DNA of 64,000 nucleotides from Veleropilina oligotropha (Eukaryota): NCBI GenBank assembly GCA_048128005.1, contig JBEUKZ010000127.1, positions 62,001 to 126,000 of the forward strand, read 5' to 3'. Shown piece by piece: positions 12,910 to 23,656 of this stretch (position 1 is its first letter; each line of letters starts with the position of its first letter). The notes under the pieces were generated by a model. It saw only the letters and a program-made list of their open reading frames with translations, ran no database searches and was not told where the DNA came from. The position numbers and the translations under genes were made by a program.

Positions 12910-15900
12910 TCAAATAGCTCGCGAGAGAAACCTTTAAAATCGGACCGTTTTGATTTGGGACACCCTGTCTGGGTTAGCGTGCGTTTTGGTTTACGACAAT
13001 ACCGTGCATACAATTAAATACGTAATCTGAGACCCAAGTACCTTTCCAATTGGATGGCGTAGCAATTCCAAGTGTTGACGATTTTGGAATTTTCAGCTCT
13101 GTCGATCATGATATTCATTAACGATCAACATTTACTAGAGTCATATATTGTCATATGGCTAACAACTTGAAATTACACGAATATTGAACTCATCTGGAAT
13201 TATGTGGATACGCATGTTCTGTTATATCTAATTTGTTATCGGATTCTGTAGTAAGTGACTAACAAGCGAATCAATCCATCTAGAATTTCTAAAATCGCAC
13301 TATATGATAGATTTAGTATTTTGTAAAGACACAAACATTGAGCGAATACATAAAGTTGGCAGAGAAAATAAATTACGAATGAAAACTCGCTAAAATTCCA
13401 CTCCCCAAGGCTGTCATTCTTGATGAGTGAAAATATCCACACTGAACCGAATAGTGAGAGAACCAGACCATTATCCAACAGGTGGGATCAAACGTACAGA
13501 TGATGATTTTTAAAACAAACAAGAATACACCAAGCTACGTAATCGCTTATCTACCCGTGAATATTATAACTGTTCAGTGTTGAGACCGATGTACACACTA
13601 TTTACATAATATCAATTGGGTATTATTAAGACACATGAAACATATTGCCTATTCTTCACCACTCATATTCTGCGAATTGTACCGTTCTAGTGAGGTATTT
13701 TAATGATAAGCCCACAATATTATAATATTTCACCATATATGCAATTTTACATATCTATCTAAATAACGAGCGTATAATATTGGTGATTACTTACGGAACC
13801 CGTGTCGACAAAATGCATATTATATTTAGCGTCCCCGGCCGTTGACTTTTGTTTGACAGTGGGTAAACACACGTTATGGAGATCACCATAACAGCCATGA
13901 CCCGAATATGATTTTGTCATTTGAAGTGTTTGAAACCGTTAACATAGAGATAGCAGGGCGGCTTTGTTCAAGGTGTAATGAAATGTCACCGACATTTTCA
14001 GTTTATAGCCACGTATTAATACCTACATGTTTCAATTATGGTTTCAATAGAAAACAGATTTGAATCGGTTTACTGATAATTATTTAGTGTACTGTGCCTT
14101 AATAATAACATTTACTCCAATAGGACGACAATATAGGGTATACAACATGCACCATCGATACACCATCTGACTAAAGATTATTTGCTATAAATGATAATAA
14201 CTGTTAAGTGTAGAGATAATTAATGAAACATAGGCCTAAAGAAATTTTCAAATATATAATAACAATAACGATAAGTTTAATTATAAGCAGTCCAGTTAAA
14301 AAAACATCACATTGATCACGGTACTTTCAGTCATCAAACGGCCTGCCTCAGACGCATCACGCCTCGACAGCACGTGCCACGCCAAAATATATACGTACGC
14401 CAATAACAAATAATTCCATATCTTTGCTTTGTCAGCAGACGACGAGTCAACGCTTATGAATTATTCAATATGTTAATTTGGGTGATGTGCCACCTAATCA
14501 AATTCGATTAGATGGCATCACGCTTCCCCTCATTTTAATAGTTATTACACGTGTGATTCATACGGAAAATATGAAACGGGTTCTGCCGTTTCATAACAGG
14601 TTTGTCATGTTATAATAAATGGCATCCAATTGACCATTATAAATGTCGTTAAACACTCAGGTATACGAGTGGATAGGAGCGCGGACTATACATTTACCAC
14701 ATTGACTGTTCTGTCTGCCATGACTGGTATGGGTTCGAATCATCAGTGGGGTCTCTTTGTTCTGTTGACAGTTAGATAGATAGTTATTCTCCTTTTTACA
14801 AGATAATGATATATACACACATCAAGTTATGTTGACAAAAGTAAAAAGGAAGGACGGTACGTGAGTCAAGATATGCCTGTGCCTGTTCAGGTAGTGCCAC
14901 CCTTTAGGAAATGAATGCTATAAACAAAAGGTTTAATGAACAATAAAAGAAGATTTGAATACTATTTGGGGCATTTGACAGATGATATAATTCGTATGTG
15001 TGTGTGCGTGTGTAAGCAATGCAATGAATGTGTAACCTGTAGTTGGATTCATTGTTGTTTAATATGCCATTAATATATTTTTGCAATGATTCTTGAAAAA
15101 GACTTTAAAGATTGTGATTGGTTAAATTCTGCTAATAAATTTCCCCACAAGAACGGCATTTTGTGTAGAAACCTCTTAACATGATTTGGCGTGTCGCTGA
15201 ATTATTGAATTGTTTCTGTTTCTTGTAGTGTAATGGTGAATTTGAGAACGTGTGGTGAAAATACCCTTTAGCGGTGATGGCAGTAATTTATAGTAAATGT
15301 TTTTATGAAAATCGGGATGATAAAATAAAATGGAATCGAATACCGAGTTTCAAGCTTTGTGGACAAACGTCAACCTCATTGCTATGAGTCAATAATATTT
15401 AATGTCAAATTCCCCTGTCACCATGTAAAACATTTTGCTTTTCTCGAGCAGTAGTAAATAATTATTACTGCCAGTTGCTGAGATCGAGCGACTACTGTTG
15501 GCGGTCGTTTGATTACGATTTCGCCGCCGCTGTACAACGCATCCCTGACATGAGGAGGAGGAATTATGCTTGATGTCCTGTATATTTACAACATCGAGGT
15601 TCAAGCCCTGACATGAACATGAAGGTCGGTAAAACACGACATAAGGAACGATCCAAATCAAAATCAAATCTTTACAAAATAATGAAATGGATTATTCCTG
15701 ATTCATACTTATTAATAAATAAGGCAAGTATAGAGTTGTAAGTGACATTTCAGTAAGGTTTTAATATATGGTAACGAATGTCGTCAGGAACAAGTGTTGT
15801 GGGGTCTTCGATTGAAAATGGTTGCCTGTCTTTTTCTTTTTGGCTTTGTAAAAAAATATTTCAGTGTCCAGTTGTCTGATGATTAGATGAGTTGGCATTA

Positions 15901-17624
15901 ATGTGTTTGCAATGCACTTGATTGTTATTTTGTTCCACTTTAGCGTTGCAGTTGGATGTTTGATTGCCACTGATGTCTTTCTATGTTTGAACGAGATTTT
16001 AGTTTGGTTACATGCGATTTTCCTTGCTTTTCTTAGTCGCGCATTTGCTTTACAACCTCTACAGCAATTTAAGTTATGTATTTTTTAATGTGGCGTTGGA
16101 ATTTCGAGAAGACACAATAGTGCTTCATTTATAACTACGTTGCATTTTTCACATCTTCATTATATCAAAGTGTATTGATTTTGGACAGGTCTTTGAAATA
16201 AATCATGTTGTCATGCGGCGTAATGCTGTCGATAAACTTAATAATATATATTGGGTCACCTAATTTAATAAGTGACCTAGATATACTAGTCTTATTTGTG
16301 TATGCTGCGTACAGTGTTTTTAGATTAATTTGTAAGTGATTATACTTTCGCAAAAATCATGACTAACTATCAAATTGAATACCGATGCGTGTCACTTAAA
16401 TGGTAAAGATAATTGATGTTACCGAACTTATAAGCGGATGAACGTATGTTGGCAATTTACTGTTGTATAAAATATACACGTTGTAATTTTCCTTAAAGAT
16501 CTTTGTCGGATGACCTCGTTTGTTAGTGTTCGTAACGTCTCATATTGTAATATGACGTTAAAGTCGCCACAAAATAGCAATGGTTCGGTAGCTTCTTTAC
16601 GAGTCCATAAAGACCGGTATAGTTTAGATTCATGTTAGGTGGCATGTATACTGGGCAAATCGCTATTATTCTGTGAGTGTATATTGCTATTGCTTGTGAA
16701 ATTGTATTTAACTTGATCTGAATAGCTAGGCCTAGCCAGTGTTTTGATTTTATTACAATCCCGCCTCCTATGTTGCTTCGTCGCCTGTGGTGACAATATA
16801 CGTTGACGTGAATATATAACTATTTTGTATGTAAGTTTCATTGAGGCAAAATTAATGTATTGTGATCTTGAATTGTTAGCTTAAACTATCACCAATATCA
16901 GGTTTAACGTTGGGAAATTGTATTGCATTTTAAACTTTTGCTTTTGTTTGTGCTGATCCAAAGGATGATCATATATTTGTATTGAATTATCATCGGCAAG
17001 AGGTGGTTGTTTTCGTTCCGATTCAACTTTTATATGGTTTCTGTTGTTCTTCTCGTCTTGTCAGCGTCAGCAATCATGTATATCAAGTTTCTAAATTGTG
17101 TTATTAGGGATGTCGTTTTGATCATTTTATGGTTCATTGGTATCTCTTAATTAAGCGAAAACGATTATTATGTGAATGGTCTTCAGACACATTGGGCTGT
17201 CTGGTTCTTATTTATCGAAGCAATCAATTTTGAAATATTAATTCTATTTGATTCAATTTAACATTTGGATAGTCGTAAAATTTGGTGGATGATTCCGATG
17301 ATAATATCGAGTCAAATGGTCAACAGAAGTCTGATTACACTGAAAAAGATTGAGTGATTAGTCTTTGAAGCAGCATATGCAACATGTAGTCCAGCATCGA
17401 TTTCCTGGAAAAGCGATCATATCATTAGTTTTTGAAACCATGCCTGCTATGTACTGTACATCTTATTATGTTTTCATGGCGAGAAGTGTTTTGAGCAAAC
17501 TCAATGCTTACCATTTCAATCAGCGAAATTACTGCATCGGATTAATGCATTGGACAATCCTGTTCAGTGGCGTAGGAAGCAATTTTGGATTGGGGGTGGG
17601 GGTAAGACAGAAAAAGGGCACATT

Positions 17625-17861
17625 AGCAGCAGGGGGGGTGACCATACCTTTTATGTGGGGGCGCGGCGAGGGAAATTAAGGCTCCCAGCACCTTTTCAGA
17701 ATTAATATGGATCTCAACTCAGCAGCAGGGGGGGTGAGTGTACTTTTTAGAATGGGAAAATACGGCTCCCAGCACCATTTCAGAACTGATAGGGTTGTAC
17801 TGGTGGGAACTAGGGGGTATAGACTAGGGGCGGGGCGGCCGCCGTGGAGGCTCCCAGCACC
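17625..17861 (+). repeat. Left TIR of copy 1
   Basis: Reverse complement of 33370-33606. Imperfect similarity continues about 50 bp further inward. Confidence 0.95.
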
Positions 17862-18769
17862 TGTTCAGACCCCCCGGGGTAGGGATTGTATTACAAAAAG
17901 TTACCGTGTACACAGCGACCCACTATCCAAGCCGGCCCTGGTGTATGTTTGTATCAGTGTCGAGAACTCTTTGTTACTGCCTGGCTGTCTGTTTCTTGAA
18001 GGTCGACTATTCATAGCGCAGGCTGACCTACTGTTCCCGTTCTCGAAGCGTTATTGCTAGATCATGGGGATGACTTAGCTTAAATAGTGTCGAATCATCG
18101 TGACATATAGGATGAGTCGACCAGATTTCGGTCCCCATGTTTACGTCGAAGCTTTTGGTGACCCAGTGAAAAATGATTGGTGACCAAAATCATTTTTTTA
18201 CTAGGTCACTAAAAGCTAAATCCGTATCAAACGCTATGCTGTACTGGATAGTCAACCATAGACAGCCGGCCGGCCATTGTTACATGCACTGCGAGGTATT
18301 TCATTCATAAATCGGACAATGGATCGACCTGCACGCGCCGAAGCAGCCAGACAGCATTTCTATAGTACTATAGAAATGGCGTGTCATGCTTTTAACGACT
18401 GTTGCCATTCATAAATCGGGCACGAATGAACCAAGTAGATGGCTGACTGGGATATTAATATTATTATTTAATACATTGATGTCTCTCCTAGTGTAGCTCT
18501 AAGCGCAGTACAAACTATAACTAATATTACAGTACAATGTACACAAGAATATACAGGAGAGACATCAATGATACATACTATGAATGCACTAAGCAATAAT
18601 AATAATAAACAGAATATTTTTTTCGAGTTTTTCAATTTTATCTTTTTTTTACAAGCGCAATCAGACAAAGAGGTGAAGCAGCCCCTGCGTGAACTTCAAC
18701 CAACTTTGAATGGTACAATATACGCAGGGGAAAGCCGGAAAAATATGTTTTAATGCAGGAGCAGCTGTT

Positions 18770-19201
18770 TTATATGAATATATAGTTGCCCGATATTAAA
18801 GTACAATTACAGGGCGAGATGTGTCCGACTTTTCTCCACATACCGAAGCAGCCAGACAGCATGGTATAATACTCCCCATTTTTGCCAGGACATAACGAGG
18901 GGGTCGAACACTGGACACATGTGACAGTATCTCGGGGTGTGGCAGGGCTACAGTCATTTTCTCCGATAATAAAATAGTGGCACGACGGTGGGGAGACATC
19001 AGGGGTGGGGTCTCTACCCGGGCGAAGAAGCAAGTTTCTACGTAAGGGGTCAAATCGGGCGTTATACCTGGGATGATTTCGGTACCTTGCCCATGTATGT
19101 TCCAGAATTAATGCAGTGTTGTGTGTCGACGCCTGGGTAGAAACACCCCCTAGCCAGCACACCGCGACAATGCACAGTAGCATAGATTTCATGGATTTCA
19201 T
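18770..19201 (-). CDS. Putative secreted cysteine-rich protein (143 aa)
   Basis: N-terminal hydrophobic signal-like segment and 8 Cys in the mature part. The Cys pattern is conserved with the diverged copy at 41178-41591. Confidence 0.75.
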   Translation of the reverse strand: MKSMKSMLLCIVAVCWLGGVSTQASTHNTALILEHTWARYRNHPRYNARFDPLRRNLLLRPGRDPTPDVSPPSCHYFIIGENDCSPATPRDTVTCVQCSTPSLCPGKNGEYYTMLSGCFGMWRKVGHISPCNCTLISGNYIFI

Positions 19202-19283
19202 GGTTGTCCAGATACCACTGTCGATTTCTAGCTTTAATACGGGGGAGGAGCGGGGTAGTCGTGGCTACGCTCAACCTGGATAG

Positions 19284-19916
19284 TTAGTCGCCAGCTCCGA
19301 TTTTTTTCAGCAGCTCTGCGCGACCCTCTAAACGACCTCGCTCAATAAGCTCGCTTTGGGTCTGTGAAATCGCGGTGTGCGCCTTCCTACTCTTATCCCG
19401 GATTGATGCCTTCATGGCTTGGTATTTCTCCATCTCCCCTGTGACCAGTTGGAATTCATCATCAGACATCACCCCGTCTGATAAGGCCTTTGAGACGTGG
19501 TCGGTTATGGTATTCAGCTTGCTGTCGGCCAGGACTCGAATCTCGTCGTGTTTCTTAGCCTTCACCCCGAGGCGCCGGCTGATATATTTCCCACCCATAC
19601 TGGCGAGCCCACACCCTAATGCCGCTAATTCGAGCACTAGGACGACCGGGGCGGCTACAATTGTGGACAGTAGACCAATTCCAGCGCTACCCATACCAAG
19701 TGTGGCGACGACTAGTCCGTTATCTATACCGTCAACGACGTTAACACCTCGTCGGTACTTTTTATATAGTGCAGCCCGGGCATCCCGTTCTCGCTCTAGC
19801 TGTCCCTGAAGCTCATTCACTTTCTGTAGTCGGAAAGACTGTGCCTCATGCAGTTCCGAAGGCACATCGCCACCAAGCTGTGGGTACAGCGTTGGCGCTG
19901 AGGGCTTGTTGTTCAT
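19284..19916 (-). CDS. Viral membrane-associated protein with a hydrophobic hairpin between helical regions (210 aa)
   Basis: Gly/Ala-rich hydrophobic stretch LVVATLGMGSAGIGLLSTIVAAPVVLVLELAALGCGL. Essentially identical protein in copy 2. Confidence 0.8.
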   Translation of the reverse strand: MNNKPSAPTLYPQLGGDVPSELHEAQSFRLQKVNELQGQLERERDARAALYKKYRRGVNVVDGIDNGLVVATLGMGSAGIGLLSTIVAAPVVLVLELAALGCGLASMGGKYISRRLGVKAKKHDEIRVLADSKLNTITDHVSKALSDGVMSDDEFQLVTGEMEKYQAMKASIRDKSRKAHTAISQTQSELIERGRLEGRAELLKKIGAGD

Positions 19917-20275
19917 TGTTCGTGGCTGTATTGTTCAGCCTGTTGATTCCGAATGTCTACCGTTACGGAAACGTTCAAATACATCGTGCCAACCCACGGG
20001 GCCTTGACGACGAAGGCGAGGGTCAGCCTGTCCGAATTCAGGCCAAGCGTACTTATGGAACATGCTTTGGGGCCCCCGGCGGGCTGGACCGGCGTCATGT
20101 GAATCATTAGGAGGGCTGGGTTCAACCCAAACCGGCCTCCATTATTGGGAAGAAGGAACTCCCTCTTCGCCAGTCCCTTCTTCTTGGGTGCTTCTCCACA
20201 ATTAAGAACAAAGTGCCACCGGGTCGGGGAAGAGGGCTCATCTGCCCGCAGGGTCCCATAGATGCTGCTGCTCAT
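19913..20275 (-). CDS. Hypothetical beta-rich protein (120 aa) downstream of the minor capsid gene
   Basis: ATGA overlaps with both neighbours. The frame is conserved in copy 2 despite many substitutions. Confidence 0.75.
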   Translation of the reverse strand: MSSSIYGTLRADEPSSPTRWHFVLNCGEAPKKKGLAKREFLLPNNGGRFGLNPALLMIHMTPVQPAGGPKACSISTLGLNSDRLTLAFVVKAPWVGTMYLNVSVTVDIRNQQAEQYSHEQ

Positions 20276-21012
20276 TGTATCGCAAGGACTGCGGTAATGG
20301 GCATGCCGTGATTGTCGATCGGGTTACTGTCTGCGTCTGTGACGTACACCTTCAACTCTGTGATTAGCCCGGCCTGTAGTCGCCGGCCGGCGGGATAGCT
20401 ATGATAGTGGCCAGCTTCACCGAACATCTGCGACGTGATAGGGACCACCGCGAGAATAGTGCTCGGGGCGCCGTCCTTCACATTGTGCGTTGTACTGAGC
20501 TGCTCCAGGTGAACGTGTAGGGTTGGCGCTATGGCAAACCCGACAGGCTTATTCCCGTCATAAGTCCCAGGGCGTAGCCACTCGGATCTCTCCGGAGGGG
20601 GAGGTGGTTGGCCCTGTACTCCCCGAACCGGTTGGTTCAGATTCCCTGCTTTATCGAGAATAAACGAAGAGAGGTCTAAGCCGAGGAGTTTTCGTATATC
20701 GTCGCTTATCGCGAGTCGAGTCCCCTCTGGGACCACGATTCGGGCGAGCCCTGTAGCATGGCTTACATCTAGTTGTAGGTTAACTAGCGACCTCTTCATC
20801 GTCTTGGCGAGGTCATCGAAGCTGTAGAAACCTGGTGCCACGTCGACCGTGGTATCCGGGGTCTTAAAGAAGGCTCCGGCATGCACGTTGTGCCAGCCTA
20901 CCCAATAGTCGAGCGACTGCAAGCTGACACATAGCTTGCCGTCCCGGTTATCAATCGGCTCCAGGAGGGCAACCGCGGTCCCCTCTTGAACGTTTGTTAA
21001 TGTGTGGAACAT
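20272..21012 (-). CDS. Putative minor capsid protein (penton, single jelly-roll)
   Basis: Length of 246 aa, a PGFYS motif and the C-terminus STILAVVP...ITELKVYVTDADSNPIDNHGMPITAVLAI resemble Polinton penton proteins. ATG at 21012 matches the start in copy 2. Confidence 0.65.
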   Translation of the reverse strand: MFHTLTNVQEGTAVALLEPIDNRDGKLCVSLQSLDYWVGWHNVHAGAFFKTPDTTVDVAPGFYSFDDLAKTMKRSLVNLQLDVSHATGLARIVVPEGTRLAISDDIRKLLGLDLSSFILDKAGNLNQPVRGVQGQPPPPPERSEWLRPGTYDGNKPVGFAIAPTLHVHLEQLSTTHNVKDGAPSTILAVVPITSQMFGEAGHYHSYPAGRRLQAGLITELKVYVTDADSNPIDNHGMPITAVLAIQ

Positions 21013-21019
21013 AGTAGCT

Positions 21020-22315
21020 ATGGCTAAGAGCGCATTTGTGTTCAATAGGAGTGCGGCCTATCCGACCGGTGTGGTGTACCCAGCAAAGATCAAAGATGAG
21101 CAGCTTACGAGACCAAGCATCAATGTGGGTAATAGCTCAACCACTGCATTCGGGGCAGACTACCCCGACGTATTTCAAAAGTATCGCCTCCCTCACGTCG
21201 CTAGTGACGGGCTGATAAGGGCTTGGCACAGCACACCAATGCGGTTCTGGCAGAACAAGGTCAACTTCGCAGTATGGTGTGCCACAACAGGTTCCGGGAT
21301 CTCCTCAGAAGACCACTTGAATGCTACTGCAGCCCCCCTCTCCACTGCTGTATTCACCTTCCACGTCTACTATCAGGTCAGAAGGATCTTGACCGAGATT
21401 CAGGCGCCGCTGCCACAAGACCGGACGTGGGATGCATTCGACACCCCGTATGACCGAAGGGCATATGAAAAGATCTGCAGCGAATTCGGAGTGTCCCCAC
21501 ATACCGACTGGCGTGTCAAGGGTCCCAACGGCGGACTAGGCACCGCTTACAGCTACTGGACGAACAACGGCTACCACCCCATCGGACGTGAGTATGATCC
21601 AAGCCGAATGTCCTTCACCAAAGGTACGACCAACACGAATCTGCACGTGGACTACATCGCGCAAGCGCCTGCGCTTAAAAACGGTTGGGCTACTTTTATT
21701 CTGGACAGGTCGGTGGGATTCACGAGGGCCGGCGTGGAAAGGCTCAATGATTCCATCAGGACCTACGTCTGGGCTATTCTTGGAGCGCAGGCTCAAACGC
21801 GTGCAAGTATTCTGGGTAGTGGGACGGCATTTGACGCACAGAAACAGTTCCTGGCGAACGTGGAAGACGCCATCGCATCCCCCGTTGACCTCCCTGCTGC
21901 GATCCAACGGTACCAGGACGTTTTGCAGTATGCCAGGTCTAAAGTAGACTTCGTATTCGGCGTCGGCCTTTACATGGCGCCAAGTGACATGCTCCTTCGG
22001 ATCGGGCAGGTGGCTGGTTATAACAACGAGATCGTCGTTGCCACGGAAGCCCAGACCCTAGGTCTTAATACTACGGTGAACGCGGCCAATCCTGTGCCGC
22101 TCAACGCCACTGGGGAGACTGGAGAAACAGGATTGGTCATCCCACAAGACGCCGTCTTACCCGCAGATGCGGTCACTCCGAAGCATCGTGGCTCTCTGCC
22201 GGCTGTGGCCCCAGTGGCAGCTGTTTCAGCTGGGGCAACCAAACATGACGAGGATAAAACCGCACTTATCGTGGGCGGCATCGTCGTTGGCCTAGCGTTC
22301 ATTTGGCTTACGTGA
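21020..22315 (+). CDS. Uncharacterised viral protein with a C-terminal membrane anchor (431 aa)
   Basis: Long ORF conserved in copy 2. Ends in a Pro/Ala-rich linker followed by ALIVGGIVVGLAFIWLT. Confidence 0.8.
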   Translation: MAKSAFVFNRSAAYPTGVVYPAKIKDEQLTRPSINVGNSSTTAFGADYPDVFQKYRLPHVASDGLIRAWHSTPMRFWQNKVNFAVWCATTGSGISSEDHLNATAAPLSTAVFTFHVYYQVRRILTEIQAPLPQDRTWDAFDTPYDRRAYEKICSEFGVSPHTDWRVKGPNGGLGTAYSYWTNNGYHPIGREYDPSRMSFTKGTTNTNLHVDYIAQAPALKNGWATFILDRSVGFTRAGVERLNDSIRTYVWAILGAQAQTRASILGSGTAFDAQKQFLANVEDAIASPVDLPAAIQRYQDVLQYARSKVDFVFGVGLYMAPSDMLLRIGQVAGYNNEIVVATEAQTLGLNTTVNAANPVPLNATGETGETGLVIPQDAVLPADAVTPKHRGSLPAVAPVAAVSAGATKHDEDKTALIVGGIVVGLAFIWLT

Positions 22316-23620
22316 CCCACTGTCTAGCGGCAATAAGAAGCAAGCCCCCAACTGATATGACCAGTGCCCATAGGTTTTCAGCGAGCCACGATGCTGTCTT
22401 GCCAATCAGGTTGATTAGCCAGGAGACCAGGCTTCCAAGTATTCCTGGGAGCGCGGCTGCGGCCTTCCCTGCTAGTTTGCCTAGAATCCTTCCCAAGTTC
22501 TGCAGCTGCTTTTTGACCCACTCCTTGACCCCGCCCTGACCACTGGGAGGTGGTGGTGTTGGTGGTATGCTCGGCGCTCCACCTGTCAGGGCTAGTACCA
22601 AAGTCGAGATGGCGAGCCCGATAGCGGTCAGTATTGTTGCGATCGTAACCCCTTGCTCGCGGAACAGGGTCCGGATACGCTCGGCCAGCGTTGTGTCGGT
22701 GTTCAGGATCCGACTTATCATCTCTCGGATCCGGCTGATTTGAGAGCGAAGGGCCTCCCGGCTTGATGATGCTGCCTCTAGGCGAGCTGCTCTTTCATCA
22801 TTCAGGTCGCGCAGACGTTCCGCGATCCGTCGACGGATGAACTCATCCACACCGCCCTCTTCATCTGCCTGATCGAGCTTCATCTTCTCCAGCTCTATGT
22901 GTTCGTCCAGCGCCGTTAGTTTGGCTAGATTGTTGGTTAGTTCGCCTCGGATGGTCTGCATCGCCTTGTCAAGTCCGCGAAGCTCGCGAAGATTTAATGG
23001 AGGGTCCCCCATTGTGCCTAAGATCTCTTCAACCTCGGTATCAGTGAATTTCGTCTCCATCGTGTGGATTGCTACCGAGGCATCAGTAGCAGTCTGCCCC
23101 AAGTCCCGCAGTTCTACGTTTTCGACATTAGCGGCCGCACCGCTCAACTCGTTGTCGGCTGTCTGAAGAGCTGCAACCGCTTTTGAGGACGGCTTTTGTC
23201 CCCCCCGCGTCCAGTGTACAAAACCCAACCCTTCACGGATTGCATCACCCCCACCAGGCCGGCCAGCTATTGTTGACAACGCCAAGGGGTTGCCGGTGCG
23301 AGAATTTATGAGATTGATGTCGGGGTAGTCCGTCATCACCAATTTCCCCCCCTCCCTAATTTTCCCCTCACATACTTGAATTTTGAATAATCTCGCCCCG
23401 TGGCTGGGGTCTGCCCCTCCTGTGCCAGGGCTTTGTAGTAGTCGTCAACCACGCCCTGAACGAGCTCTTGCTGAAGACTGCTGGTTCCTTCCTGTGGCCG
23501 TTCCGAAAGAACAGGCATAAACCGGTTGGTGGATAGATCCACATCAGTATCGTCGATGATGGTATCATCGTTGTCGATGAGATCGTCCGGCTCGAATGCG
23601 GGGTTCTCGAATTCCGCCAT
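22308..23620 (-). CDS. Coiled-coil membrane protein, split by a 1-nt frameshift at ~23343 in this copy
   Basis: ORFs 23336-23620 and 22308-23342 together match the single 438-aa ORF 44689-46005. Copy 1 reads aatttccccccc where copy 2 reads aattttccccccc. Confidence 0.85.
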
Positions 23621-23656
23621 TTGAATACATCAGTGGGATACGCATCTAATTCAGCC

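Larger units (their letters stand above)
6271..12967. mobile_element. Old Tc1/mariner-like MITE split by nested SINE and LINE insertions
   Basis: Left end TA|CAGGGTGGCCCAAAAACCGCTGGTCCG...CTCGCGATCTATT matches imperfectly the reverse complement of 12911-12967 (...GGGACACCCTG). An inner inverted pair lies at ~6408-6428 and ~7176-7195. Confidence 0.5.

Noticed and set aside
13000..17560. Short ORFs in AT-rich sequence
   Set aside because: No recognisable domains or convincing splice structure. I cannot exclude small exons or very decayed transposons.
17707..18060. ORF MDLNSAAGG... and its mirror at 33303-33524
   Set aside because: These are translations of TIR sequence and are absent from copy 2.
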